Source: a virus
Lineage: Duplodnaviria > Caudoviricetes
DNA: 64,000 nucleotides
Virus record (IMG/VR): IMGVR_UViG_2922690425_000004
Span: 64,001 to 128,000 of that record
Reading direction: 5' to 3' (one strand)
This document shows, one piece after another, positions 38,633 to 48,652 of the stretch (its first letter is position 1; each line of letters begins with the position of its first letter). The notes beneath the pieces are model-generated. The model searched no databases. It was not told the origin of the DNA and saw only the letters and a list, made by a program, of their open reading frames with translations. Position numbers and translations under genes: made by a program.

Positions 38633-39793
38633 TCAATTTACTGAAAAGACATATCTTTCTGACTGCCCTGACTTGGTATAGTCTATTTTTCCTCCGTGAG
38701 TCCATACGTCGTTGCTTAATCCTGAGACGCTACTTGGGTAAACAGAACTGGAACTATTGTTAGTTAGAAATTTCATATTGTTCCAAATAGCAGGTGTAGT
38801 GTATCCATAGTGGAATGGGCTGGTGGTTGAAGTGGCAGAACCCATAGCTATTGCAGTTAGCCGCTTAACTGATCTACCTGTGCTTCCTAATCCATTAAAT
38901 CTAACAACATAAATATCCGAGTAATTTATTTGCTCTCTAATGGTGAGCGTTGAGTCTGTTGAGTAATAATATACTTTATAGCCGTTAATTTTGTCACCAC
39001 CATAGAACTTTTTAGTTGTATCATAGTAATATTTACCACTACTAGGTTGTGGTATGCCATTGGTATTTCCTGAATCAACAGTATGATTTGATTTTGCATG
39101 GAACATTGGATACCACCCAGCTGGAGTAAACTGAGAAGCAATTCCTTCAAATCCAACTTCAGCTACTCCATCAACACCAGTGTATAAGTAGGCTGCCTCT
39201 GAATATTTCAAAGCATCAGTGATATTATAAGTTGGCAAAACAACAGAGTCTGCAACTACGCCATTATATATTTTATTAGCGTTACTAGCGGGAGTTTGAA
39301 GGCGATGGAATGCCCCTGTTTCTTTGCCTGCTGTGTTTCCTTGATTACCTAAGTAAGATTGTGTAGAGATTCTTTCATGTGGTTCAGTTCCATATGTAGA
39401 TTCTGTAGTTGTGATTTCTCTTGTTTCAAAATTTGATCGGATATCGCCTTTATCGGAGGAAGTTGCGTTAATTAATTCTCCATCTGAATCGAAGTCTAGA
39501 AGAACAACTTCTGCATTTTCCAATTTTTTGATGTTTTCTTTTGTGGTTTGACTAATGCTAGAACTTTCTGTGATGTTGTCTAAAGTTTTATCGAATTCCT
39601 TATTGCTCAAAGTTGACATGCCTTTTGCAGTACTAGATGCACCTTTATCTAGTAAGATTTCTTGTTCAATCGCTTCTTTAATATACTGGTCATAGTTGTT
39701 GGGAGTAGCATTTTCTTGGGCATTTGCCATTAAAGAAGGGATTGATGCAGATAGGAGCAAAACAGATAAAGCAACTTTAGCTACTTTTAACAT
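38633..39793 (-). CDS. Secreted protein (YrpD-like beta-rich C-terminal domain, tentative)
   Basis: Signal peptide; GAFHR..Y.G..LP..AYLYTG; VKRLT.IA. Confidence 0.6.
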   Translation of the reverse strand: MLKVAKVALSVLLLSASIPSLMANAQENATPNNYDQYIKEAIEQEILLDKGASSTAKGMSTLSNKEFDKTLDNITESSSISQTTKENIKKLENAEVVLLDFDSDGELINATSSDKGDIRSNFETREITTTESTYGTEPHERISTQSYLGNQGNTAGKETGAFHRLQTPASNANKIYNGVVADSVVLPTYNITDALKYSEAAYLYTGVDGVAEVGFEGIASQFTPAGWYPMFHAKSNHTVDSGNTNGIPQPSSGKYYYDTTKKFYGGDKINGYKVYYYSTDSTLTIREQINYSDIYVVRFNGLGSTGRSVKRLTAIAMGSATSTTSPFHYGYTTPAIWNNMKFLTNNSSSSVYPSSVSGLSNDVWTHGGKIDYTKSGQSERYVFSVN

Positions 39794-39968
39794 AGTATAT
39801 CCTCCTTGATATTGGGTTTATATAGTAAGCTGGCCAGCATTACTTCCCAAAAAAACTTACTGAAAAAGTATAATATGAATAAAAATATATAGCAAGGAAA
39901 AGTTTTGTTGCTATTTACTAGTATAAAACATAGATTTTACCATAATACATACAAAAGGATGATAAAGT

Positions 39969-40481
39969 ATGAGTAAGTTATATGAGCTTGGGGAGCAGTA
40001 TAGAGTATTTAACAATTTTGTAGATTCTGCGTGGGACAATGACGATTTAACGGAAGATGATTTGCAACTGTACATTGAGACACTAGAATCTATTGAAGAT
40101 GAGATTAGTAATAAGGCAGAGAATATCGCTAAGTTCATGAAAAACATCGAGGGAGATATCAAAGCCTTAAAAGAAGAAGAAGATCGACTTGCAAAAAAAC
40201 GCAAATACCTTCAGAACAAAATAGAAGGATTAAAGAGCTACACTCAAGCTGTGCTAGAAGTAAATAAAATTGACAAGATAGACGCAGGTCTATTTAAAGT
40301 TAGACTACAAAAGAATCCTCCATCCATTAATATTGTGAATGAAAGAGCTATTCCTAATACATACAGAATTCCGCAACCCGATAAGATTGATACCAAGGGG
40401 TTATTGGCTGCCGTAAAACAGGGTAAAGTTGTTGAAGGTGTTGAATTAGTGACAGATAAAAAGCATTTGCGTATTAGTTAG
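39969..40481 (+). CDS. Siphovirus Gp157-family protein
   Basis: KLYEL..TLESI..K.ENI..N...I.ALK.EE.RL; QKNPPS..I...IP; IDTK. Confidence 0.88.
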   Translation: MSKLYELGEQYRVFNNFVDSAWDNDDLTEDDLQLYIETLESIEDEISNKAENIAKFMKNIEGDIKALKEEEDRLAKKRKYLQNKIEGLKSYTQAVLEVNKIDKIDAGLFKVRLQKNPPSINIVNERAIPNTYRIPQPDKIDTKGLLAAVKQGKVVEGVELVTDKKHLRIS

Positions 40482-40485
40482 TGCA

Positions 40486-40512
40486 AAGCCTCCTTTAATG
40501 GAGGTTTTTTTT
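40486..40512 (+). terminator. Intrinsic terminator
   Basis: AAGCCTCC..GGAGGTTT + T run. Confidence 0.7.
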
Positions 40513-40569
40513 ATTTAAATAAGCAAAAATAATGAAATATATTGATATCAAACAAGATGGATGCTATAA

Positions 40570-40974
40570 TTGATTTATGGAAAGATACATATCAATTCAA
40601 AAAAAGAGGTGAGTAAAATGTATCACTGTATTGGAGTACCCAAGAGGCATTTATTCCATCTATCTCACTATGAGGGCTGTGGGGAGAAGTGGGTATTTGA
40701 TTATGACAAATGTCCGATTTGTAGAGGATACTTAATTCCAGAGTCGCTAATTAGCAAGCAAGCTAATCATTCTGAAGTTATACAATTGAAAAAAGAAAGT
40801 ATAGAGGAGGAAAGCAGTTTGCCAAAGCTTCTGTATGAAATTAAAACTTATGAATATGAAAATTATGAAGAGTATCTTCAACACGCCGTAGAAATGACAA
40901 ACAATGGATGGAAATTTCAATCTCAAAGTAACAATCATAAGGAAGTTGTTTGGACAATCGATCATAGAAATTAG
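40570..40974 (+). CDS. Hypothetical zinc-ribbon protein
   Basis: GAGGTG RBS before MYHC; CG..CPIC. Confidence 0.6.
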   Translation: MIYGKIHINSKKEVSKMYHCIGVPKRHLFHLSHYEGCGEKWVFDYDKCPICRGYLIPESLISKQANHSEVIQLKKESIEEESSLPKLLYEIKTYEYENYEEYLQHAVEMTNNGWKFQSQSNNHKEVVWTIDHRN

Positions 40975-41007
40975 CTAAAAGAGTTCTTTTATTAAGAAAG
41001 GGGAGAA

Positions 41008-41199
41008 TTGGGTATGGGACGCTTCGATAATAATAAACTACAAGTCAACGAAAAGAGAATGATTCTTCAACACTACAAAGCTATTAAGGAAACTTTACTT
41101 GAGTTACAAGAAGAAACAATGAACAACTTAGATTACTCAGCATTTGAGAGAACGATTGAATTTATTGATAATAAAGTAAACTTAATTAAGAATAGTTGA
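41008..41199 (+). CDS. Hypothetical protein
   Basis: GGGGAG RBS after site 40976. Confidence 0.6.
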   Translation: MGMGRFDNNKLQVNEKRMILQHYKAIKETLLELQEETMNNLDYSAFERTIEFIDNKVNLIKNS

Positions 41200-41225
41200 T
41201 GGTCTGTTTCATAAGGAGTTGAACA

Positions 41226-41405
41226 ATGAGAAAAATATCAGAAGCTCAATACAAGAAAATAATAAAAATGTTTAACGATCAAGTAAATAAAGAAACGAGC
41301 GCGATGACTATCGTGTTATCATCTTGGGGAAGAAATTCTGAATTAGTAAAATTGGAGAATGAAGCAAGCGCAAAGAAAGAGGAGTTCATTAAACTGTTTC
41401 AGTAA
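41226..41405 (+). CDS. Small hypothetical protein (59 aa, not in ORF track)
   Basis: AAGGAG RBS; stop overlaps site 41403. Confidence 0.6.
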   Translation: MRKISEAQYKKIIKMFNDQVNKETSAMTIVLSSWGRNSELVKLENEASAKKEEFIKLFQ

Positions 41406-41432
41406 AAGGCACGTTTTATAAGTAGGAGGAAA

Positions 41433-41681
41433 TTGATGTATAAGAAGTATTGGAACGAAGATGGTAAACAATACAAGATAAAAATTGATGAAGTCAGAGT
41501 TAATACAAGCAGAGAACATGGGATGACTTACTACAAACTTGTTCAAAAACTAAAAATCTACCAGAAGAAAAAATACTGCTTGGGTTGGAAGTGTATTTAT
41601 ATAAATCAATGGGACGAAAAAAGGGGCGAGGATTTAATTAAAAGAATCCGTGAGAGCACTAATGATTGCTTCAGTAAATAA
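41433..41681 (+). CDS. Hypothetical protein
   Basis: AGGAGG RBS. Confidence 0.7.
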   Translation: MMYKKYWNEDGKQYKIKIDEVRVNTSREHGMTYYKLVQKLKIYQKKKYCLGWKCIYINQWDEKRGEDLIKRIRESTNDCFSK

Positions 41682-41701
41682 ATAAAGGAGAGAAATCTTT
41701 T

Positions 41702-42067
41702 ATGACTATAAGTGTGCCAATTGAAATTATCAGAAATAATAAAACTCAGGAGTTTATTGAGTTGCAACAAGTACATGAAAGTTTAGACAACGAATTGAAA
41801 AGATGCGCTATTAAGCTGGAAGAATTATATGTCGAATTAAATAAAACAATTAATCCAACAGATCGTTATGGTCATTCATACACTTACAACTACGAATACT
41901 TTAAGAAACGAACAGCATGGAGAGAAGCGTTGCTTATGCAAGATGCGATTAACGAAGTTGTGAACGTAGAAGGAGAAATGCAAGAAGTAAATGCGGCATA
42001 CATAGAAGTCAGAGAGAAACTTAGAGTTATTTATAGAAAATGTGGTATGACAGATGTGGTTATTTAA
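41702..42067 (+). CDS. Coiled-coil hypothetical protein
   Basis: AAGGAG RBS. Confidence 0.7.
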   Translation: MTISVPIEIIRNNKTQEFIELQQVHESLDNELKRCAIKLEELYVELNKTINPTDRYGHSYTYNYEYFKKRTAWREALLMQDAINEVVNVEGEMQEVNAAYIEVREKLRVIYRKCGMTDVVI

Positions 42068-42369
42068 GTGGTGTTGATTTATGTAACAAAAGGAGGATGA
42101 ATATGTTTTTTGTGGGTCTAGCAGAAATAGAAACTTTTGATGTTGTAGAAACTCCTATTTACAATAAAGAGGTTGAAGAGTTATTGCAATATTTTTATGG
42201 AGATTACTATGAAATAGCTTTTGTTGTAGAGGGTGAAGCTAAATTTTTTAAGCCGCTATATAAAGAACCAATTTCGGATCTCCTGAAGAAATGGACATCT
42301 AGCTGGAAAGCAGAAGATAATAATGAATATAAAAGTAAACTAGCACGACTAAAAGTAATTATTCAGTAA
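42040..42369 (+). CDS. Hypothetical protein
   Basis: AGGAGG RBS before internal MFFV; stop overlaps site 42367. Confidence 0.65.
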   Translation: MWYDRCGYLSGVDLCNKRRMNMFFVGLAEIETFDVVETPIYNKEVEELLQYFYGDYYEIAFVVEGEAKFFKPLYKEPISDLLKKWTSSWKAEDNNEYKSKLARLKVIIQ

Positions 42370-42420
42370 AATGCGTGTTTGATTAAGAATTTAATGTTGT
42401 AAATCTAGAGGGAATATGAA

Positions 42421-42615
42421 GTGATTAAAATCAAAGTTAACACAAGCAGTATTTGTTTGAAATGTACACATTTCTGGCATGAATGTGGAGATGCAGTCCA
42501 ACAGGATGAATACGAATGTCTTGAGACTTGTAGTAATTCAGATGAAGCTATTCAAGAATTTTTTGAGAATAAACATGAAATAAAAGAATGTAGAGGGTTT
42601 GAAAGAGAGTATTAA
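42421..42615 (+). CDS. Cys-rich small protein
   Basis: CLKC..C..C..C..C. Confidence 0.6.
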   Translation: MIKIKVNTSSICLKCTHFWHECGDAVQQDEYECLETCSNSDEAIQEFFENKHEIKECRGFEREY

Positions 42616-42636
42616 TAAAAAAATAGGAGGTACTGA

Positions 42637-43230
42637 ATGGAATTGGAGTTAATGAAAAAAGAATATGAACAAGTGGAATCGGATTACAAATCTGTACTGT
42701 CTAGAACGGCAAAATTGAGCATTAGTGAAGAAATGAGTAAACTGAAGCGGAAAATTGATGACGAAGAACGTAGACTGAATGCCGAAATAAAGGTTGTAAA
42801 CATCAATGGAGTTAATTATGAAGTCCCAAATGGATTTGGTTTTTATCGAGAAGTTGATCGTTATACATATGAAGTAAAAGATGAATGTTTGTATCGATTT
42901 GAAAAGATGAAATTAGATTCAGATGGAAGTTTTCACTTGCACCACCATGTATGGATTCCACAAAGAGAGGATAAGTTTGTAGATCTCTGTGTTCGTGTTC
43001 TGGGTGGTGATAGGTTCGGAGAAAGATACTTTATAAGTGCCAGTTACTATAAGCATCCATCTGATTCGTTTCCATATATGCACAAGTATGTTCGGACTGA
43101 CAATTACGGATACAAACCCATCTATTCATATGTTATTGCTAAGATGGGACTAAAGCATAAAAAGGATAATTGGGACACTAATAAGCTTGAGTGGATTGAA
43201 AAGGAGAAGAGAAATGAAGCAGAAAAATGA
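42637..43230 (+). CDS. Hypothetical protein
   Basis: AGGAGG RBS, 197 aa. Confidence 0.75.
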   Translation: MELELMKKEYEQVESDYKSVLSRTAKLSISEEMSKLKRKIDDEERRLNAEIKVVNINGVNYEVPNGFGFYREVDRYTYEVKDECLYRFEKMKLDSDGSFHLHHHVWIPQREDKFVDLCVRVLGGDRFGERYFISASYYKHPSDSFPYMHKYVRTDNYGYKPIYSYVIAKMGLKHKKDNWDTNKLEWIEKEKRNEAEK

Positions 43231-43393
43231 ACAAAGTATTTATGTAGTACAAGGGAGAAGTGGAATTGTATTTTCTGCAACTTCAAATTACGAAGAAGCC
43301 TTAAATGTTATGAACAATTTGAATGAGATGGAATACGGTAGAGCCAGAATGGAACATTGGGAACATAATAGAGTTGTGCTTCGGGAGTCGTGA
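43187..43393 (+). CDS. Hypothetical protein
   Basis: AAGGAG RBS before MKQK. Confidence 0.6.
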   Translation: MSGLKRRREMKQKNEQSIYVVQGRSGIVFSATSNYEEALNVMNNLNEMEYGRARMEHWEHNRVVLRES

Positions 43394-43620
43394 TGAATTT
43401 ATGCAAAGGTGGTGCCAAAGTGGATATTGACACTTGCCCATATTGTAGTGGTAGGCCATTGGCAGACAGAAAGCCATTAATGAGAAATCACAGTGATGAC
43501 TATTCAGTTTTCATTAATAGCTGCAATTATCTGGAGGATAGTGTTATTGGTGGAAGCGAACTTCATTCATTGTATGGGGTAAAAATATATTTCTGTCCTG
43601 TGTGTGGTAGAAAACTGTAG
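43390..43620 (+). CDS. Zinc-finger protein
   Basis: CPYC...I.FCPVCGRKL. Confidence 0.7.
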   Translation: MMNLCKGGAKVDIDTCPYCSGRPLADRKPLMRNHSDDYSVFINSCNYLEDSVIGGSELHSLYGVKIYFCPVCGRKL

Positions 43621-43685
43621 GTTGATGAAATACATATTTTACATAGAAAATAAAAATACAAACTCAATTTTATTGGAGGATTATT

Positions 43686-44057
43686 ATGGATAAGATTATT
43701 GCTTCAGAACAATTGCTTGACAAGATCATAAATATTGACCCTCCTTTGAAAGCTGCCATGAGCGACAAAAGCACAAAAACTATTGTTATTAACAAACTAA
43801 GTGAAGGATTTGAGGGTATTGTAGCTCATTATCCGCATTTGATCGATGACATCCAAAGAAGGATTGTTGAGTATCATAAAAACAAGGGGAGGGATGGGAA
43901 GATCACTGATTTCGTGTCACTTGTTGATTGGTACAGTATGAGCTTGTTAGAAAAACCTGCGGAGTGGTGGGATAGCACAGGAGAATACTTTAATTTAAGA
44001 ATGAATGAAGTTATCAATATGTTTCTTATGGCTAGATTCAATTTTGGATTGGTATAA
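43686..44057 (+). CDS. Hypothetical protein
   Basis: GGAGG RBS; between sites 43626 and 44055. Confidence 0.75.
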   Translation: MDKIIASEQLLDKIINIDPPLKAAMSDKSTKTIVINKLSEGFEGIVAHYPHLIDDIQRRIVEYHKNKGRDGKITDFVSLVDWYSMSLLEKPAEWWDSTGEYFNLRMNEVINMFLMARFNFGLV

Positions 44058-44274
44058 AATGAACATTTTAATATAAAGGGTGACAAAAATTCTAATTACT
44101 TATCTTAATACTGCTTTGGGTATGTTGGCGGCGATGGCAATATTATACCCACCTTGTCGCCTCATAAGTTTCACTAACAAGTCAAAATTCTCTCATAAAA
44201 CATATTTCTATGTAATGATGGGGTCATTTATTTTAATTGCAGCGCTACAGAGATTTTAGATTTTTAAGAAAGAG

Positions 44275-44949
44275 GTGATACTCATGGTTGACTTCGCATG
44301 GCTAAATTCCCCTGAAGGAAGAGAAGAAATAAACAAAAGACGTGAAGAACGCAGAGTACAGGAGAAGCTAGAAAGTAGAACACTATCATTCACAGGACAC
44401 CGCCCGAATAAATTAGGAAATTGCTACAGCCTTATGGATAAACAATCAAAATACATAAAGAGCAAAATTGAAACAGTGTTAATTGACTTAATTAAGAACG
44501 AGGGAGTTGAACGTTTTATTACTGGCGGTGCTATCGGCTTTGACCAAATAGCATTCTGGACAGTTCAGGGGCTAAAGAACACAGATTATTCTGAAATCAA
44601 AAACATTGTAGCGATACCATTCAAAAATCAAGCAAGTAAATGGACTGATCGTGTAACTCAGCACTGGTACACGAAGATGCTTGATACAGCAGATGAAGTT
44701 GTTTATGTAGACGAGATGCCACTATATAGAGTAGAGGGAGTGCCGATTGGCGAGTATCATGTAGCGAAAATGCAAAAGAGAAATGAATACATGGTAGATA
44801 AATCACGGATTGTTGTCGCTGCTTGGGATGGAACGAAGGGTGGTACTGGTAACTGTTGTAGATATGCAAGAAAAGTGGGAAAGACACTCTATACACTAAG
44901 ACCACAAAATGATTTTGAATTAGACATATTGTATGGATTCAATGGATAA
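44275..44949 (+). CDS. SLOG-family protein (YspA/DUF1273)
   Basis: FTGHRP, FITGGAIGFDQ, RNEYMVD, WDG..GGT..C..YA. Confidence 0.88.
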   Translation: MILMVDFAWLNSPEGREEINKRREERRVQEKLESRTLSFTGHRPNKLGNCYSLMDKQSKYIKSKIETVLIDLIKNEGVERFITGGAIGFDQIAFWTVQGLKNTDYSEIKNIVAIPFKNQASKWTDRVTQHWYTKMLDTADEVVYVDEMPLYRVEGVPIGEYHVAKMQKRNEYMVDKSRIVVAAWDGTKGGTGNCCRYARKVGKTLYTLRPQNDFELDILYGFNG

Positions 44950-45265
44950 ACGAATTTATGACGGAGGAATGATAACAATGATTACGAAAGTTCAGGATTA
45001 CGTTGATACTATGATCAAAAAATTGGAAAGCGAAGGACATCGCGACATTCAATTTCTAAGCGCTTCTGATTGTACGTTTGTGAAGAATGGAATTAAAGAA
45101 GGCTATTTAATGGAAGAAACAAATTTAAACAAAATATGTTCTGGAATAAACTTGAACGAAATAGAAGACGGAGTTGAAGTTGTGGGAAGCAAACTAAGAA
45201 TCTTTAGTATTCCAAAAAGAAAACGTAAAGGCGTAACTTCTGTTTATTATGTAGTAATTCAATAA
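44933..45265 (+). CDS. Hypothetical protein
   Basis: GGAGG RBS internal. Confidence 0.6.
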   Translation: MDSMDKRIYDGGMITMITKVQDYVDTMIKKLESEGHRDIQFLSASDCTFVKNGIKEGYLMEETNLNKICSGINLNEIEDGVEVVGSKLRIFSIPKRKRKGVTSVYYVVIQ

Positions 45266-45303
45266 TACTAAACTGATAAAATTGGGCTTTTAGAAGGAAT
45301 GAA

Positions 45304-45885
45304 ATGACGAGGAGGCTACTGTTAATGAAGGTCATGTATTCTAAGTGGCATAATAACTACGATGAATTGGTACTTGGACAAGAATATAGCGCTCAGTATT
45401 ATAAAAAAGGATGGTTGTTAATTGATACAGTTTTGTACAGAGAGGACTGTTTTCAGATGGTAAACAACTTAAACAACGCAATCTCAATTGCTGCAACTAT
45501 GCATAATGGTCAACATGATAAGGGTGGTAATCCATATATCTTACATCCATTGCGTGTAATGATGAATATGAATTCAAATGAAGAACAAATTGTGGCTGTA
45601 CTACATGACATCCTAGAAGACACAACTATGACCGGAGAAAAACTGTCGAAATATTTCACAAGTCAAATTATTGAAGCAGTTATTGCCTTGACAAGACAAG
45701 AGAACGAAACGTACTGGGAGTTCATTGCACGTTGTAAACAAAATAAGTTGGCGCGAAAAGTTAAGATTGCTGATATTGAAGATAACATTGATTTGAGTAG
45801 GATTGAGCAGCCAACAAAGAAGGACTATGAGCGAATAAAGAAATATGAAAAGGCATTAAAGGAGCTAATGAGCATTGAAGAGTAA
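45304..45885 (+). CDS. HD-domain protein, (p)ppGpp hydrolase (Mesh1/SpoT-HD)-like
   Basis: H.GQ.DKGG.PYI.HP, AVLHDILEDT, VKIAD..DN. Confidence 0.82.
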   Translation: MTRRLLLMKVMYSKWHNNYDELVLGQEYSAQYYKKGWLLIDTVLYREDCFQMVNNLNNAISIAATMHNGQHDKGGNPYILHPLRVMMNMNSNEEQIVAVLHDILEDTTMTGEKLSKYFTSQIIEAVIALTRQENETYWEFIARCKQNKLARKVKIADIEDNIDLSRIEQPTKKDYERIKKYEKALKELMSIEE

Positions 45886-46084
45886 TTTAGAATTGCTTCA
45901 GCAGATTTATAAAGTAGCAAGCGCCCTAGATCTTGAATTATGTACTGTATTGAATCGTGGCAAAAGTACTATGAGTGGTGCAGAGTATGAAGAGTTAATG
46001 GAATTGATGATTGAAGTAGAAGATTATTTAGAAGCTAAAGATTTGTAAAAGCATCGTTTTACCAAGATAGGAGAATACATAATA

Positions 46085-46369
46085 ATGGCAAAACAGAAGA
46101 CTAATGTTCAGTATCAGTTTCCACCCAAATCAGACACTGTTTTTAGAATTTACCTTAAAACAAATCATATGAACAGTCTAATTGTTGTTCGGTTTGAGTT
46201 GCTTAGTGGAGAGGAGTACACAAGGAATTACGGGAACATTCCTTCAAATACTCTCTTGGTTGAATACAAAGGTTATGAATTCGAATTATACATAGATGGC
46301 GAATATGTTGGACAAAGAGTTCTTGTTGAAGCAGATAGGAACATGTTTAGATACGATGCTATTGAATAG
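46085..46369 (+). CDS. Hypothetical protein
   Basis: AGGAG RBS after site 46046. Confidence 0.65.
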   Translation: MAKQKTNVQYQFPPKSDTVFRIYLKTNHMNSLIVVRFELLSGEEYTRNYGNIPSNTLLVEYKGYEFELYIDGEYVGQRVLVEADRNMFRYDAIE

Positions 46370-46394
46370 TTATTTAGTTAGTTGTACACTATAA

Positions 46395-46406
46395 GAACAA
46401 ACGTTC
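46395..46406. promoter_or_regulatory. LexA (Cheo) box
   Basis: GAAC-AAAC-GTTC immediately upstream of RBS of 46416 gene. Confidence 0.75.
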
Positions 46407-46415
46407 TAGGAGTGT

Positions 46416-46808
46416 GTGTACAGCATGAGTAATTATAAAACATCTAATGAAGACACTCAGCTTGTAATTGATTTTATACAACTACCTTATGTGTTGGATG
46501 TATTGGAGCTTAACATAAGCAAGATCAAGAAGTCTGACTTAAAGATGAAGGAATTGTTTGTTTTATATCTAGAGGGCTTACAAAGCAGAGTATTGACAGA
46601 TTTAAAAGTGGTTCGTCAAAAAATGAGACAGAGAGGCATAAAAGTTTATGAGGGGGTTAGGTCAGATAAAGATTTGGTGACCGAGTATCTATGTCGTGGA
46701 TATACTCACACCATGCGATTTCTTTGGTCTAAAATTAGGAATGATGTAGAAGTAAGGATAGCTGCTTATATGGATGTTGACTTGAGTAAATTGGTCAGGT
46801 TGGAATAA
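46416..46808 (+). CDS. YhjD-like SOS-associated protein
   Basis: I.LP.VL.VL..LK.K..M....IKV..Y..RGY pattern; LexA box upstream. Confidence 0.55.
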   Translation: MYSMSNYKTSNEDTQLVIDFIQLPYVLDVLELNISKIKKSDLKMKELFVLYLEGLQSRVLTDLKVVRQKMRQRGIKVYEGVRSDKDLVTEYLCRGYTHTMRFLWSKIRNDVEVRIAAYMDVDLSKLVRLE

Positions 46809-47171
46809 TTCAGCTTGACTTAAACAAACAAAAATAATAAAATAATATGTATAAGTTGTTAAGAAATACATAGGAAAATGTTGTATAATATTGCTATGTT
46901 AAGCATCGAGGAGGGATAGAGATGCAACAAGAAGATATTGATCTTATTTACAAGAATATTGGTGACTACAAAGGTTGGACATGTCCATTTATCGGTTTGG
47001 GCTCATTAGTTATGAGAAAAGGCAACGAGGAAATTAAAGCTAACAGAGGATTAGAAGTTAGCAATTGGGTAGTTTAATGTTGGTATGAACTAAAAAATGA
47101 TATTGATAAAATTGAAAAAAGAGCTACTGCATAAGGTAATAAGTTAGTTCTATAAAGAGAGGTGACAGCAT

Positions 47172-47428
47172 ATGAAGACTAAAATCTCTAAAGAAATTAG
47201 GGCTTCAATTAGGAAAGCAGCCAAATATCGTCACAAGGCTAGTCATTTTGAGATTATAATTGAAAATGGTTGGATACAAATGGGGTCGGAGATAATGACA
47301 GTTTTAGAGATACATACATAGATTCGGTACAACTGAGCAACAATCCCGAAGAAGCCATTGAACGTTTCGAAGAACTGCTTATAGAAAAAGAGATATCTGA
47401 GAAAATAGATAGAGAATATAATAACTAA
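47172..47428 (+). pseudogene. Hypothetical protein with apparent frameshift
   Basis: MKTKISKE..IIE continues as KWLDTNGVG..EYNN* in another frame at the GAAAATGG A-run. Confidence 0.4.
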
Positions 47429-47450
47429 GGATTAAAAAGATAAAATTTTA

Positions 47451-48236
47451 TTGGTGGTGATAATATTGGAGATGACGCAAAGAAAAGTAAGAAAAAAATT
47501 GCGTGGGAAAATCGGTAGAATCAGACATGCATTACAATTGGTCACTATTTTATTTTATACGCTAATACTATTGATTTTAGCATTATTGATATCTATTTGG
47601 ATTGAAGGTATTATACCCGGTTTGCCCAGTATCATCTCTGTCATAATCCCGTACATAGGATACTTTGTTCTTGTTCCTTTACTCTATCCTTTGAAATCGA
47701 GATATTACATAAGACGGATCATAAAAGAAGAGTATGAAAAATTGAATGGAAGGAATTTAATACATTATACCGACCACTTATTTCCTTACGAAATTGAAGA
47801 GGCTGAAAGAACTGGGATAATTAGATTGATTGCAAATAGTAGCGCACGTTCAAATTATAATTTTAAATTCAGTGATGCAACTAAGAAATTTGTTTGGTTT
47901 CACCCTTCTCGAACTGATGAAAACAAGGAACCTAAATTTAACTCTTTCTGGTACTCTCATTATAGCGAATCAGATCCAAGAGACTATAAGATAATAGTTA
48001 ATCCAATGAATGTAGATATGAACAGAATATTTATTAGACCTATTGATGGTGCAATAGTAATTGAAGATGATTATACAGGTGAAGCGAATATAGAAAAAAC
48101 ATTTAATTGGTACAATAGTAAGATATATTTTTGGAGGTCGTTGTGTGTGTCGCCAATCACATTCGGTCTTGTCATGTTTATTGGTATTAAGCAACTTATG
48201 GGAAGTATTATCGATAGGAAACGCGCAATAAAATAA
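47451..48236 (+). CDS. Membrane protein (3 TM with soluble domain)
   Basis: Hydrophobic N- and C-terminal segments. Confidence 0.7.
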   Translation: MVVIILEMTQRKVRKKLRGKIGRIRHALQLVTILFYTLILLILALLISIWIEGIIPGLPSIISVIIPYIGYFVLVPLLYPLKSRYYIRRIIKEEYEKLNGRNLIHYTDHLFPYEIEEAERTGIIRLIANSSARSNYNFKFSDATKKFVWFHPSRTDENKEPKFNSFWYSHYSESDPRDYKIIVNPMNVDMNRIFIRPIDGAIVIEDDYTGEANIEKTFNWYNSKIYFWRSLCVSPITFGLVMFIGIKQLMGSIIDRKRAIK

Positions 48237-48265
48237 CACTTTTACTAGGAAACGAGGTGTAGCAA

Positions 48266-48583
48266 ATGGATTCTCAATCAAAATATAACCGAAGTATGAT
48301 GGATTACAACAATCTAAGAGATAGCAATAATTCATCAGGATATTTTTTAGAGCAAATAAGGAAAGGTGAAATAGTAAGAGCAGTGGACTTGTTTGTTGGG
48401 GGTCACTATGTTGTTTCACCATTGAATCTTCTGAAGATCAAACACAGAGATAGAAGGTGTGTTATAGCTGAATTTGAATTAGATGAGTTGGATAATCCCA
48501 TAAGGGCTAAAGTTCGTTTTGATGACAATAATCGATCAGGTATAGTTGATTTGCACGATTTAGATATTATTCAAAGTAGCTGA
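48266..48583 (+). CDS. SH3-like domain protein, related to 14544..14927
   Basis: RRCVI..RAKVRFDDNNRSGIVDL.DL; between sites 48229 and 48584. Confidence 0.65.
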   Translation: MDSQSKYNRSMMDYNNLRDSNNSSGYFLEQIRKGEIVRAVDLFVGGHYVVSPLNLLKIKHRDRRCVIAEFELDELDNPIRAKVRFDDNNRSGIVDLHDLDIIQSS

Positions 48584-48652
48584 TAAAGCAATTCTTTTAT
48601 TATATATGCTTGGTAAATAGAGTGTGTGACAACATAGAATGGAGGAAGGAAT

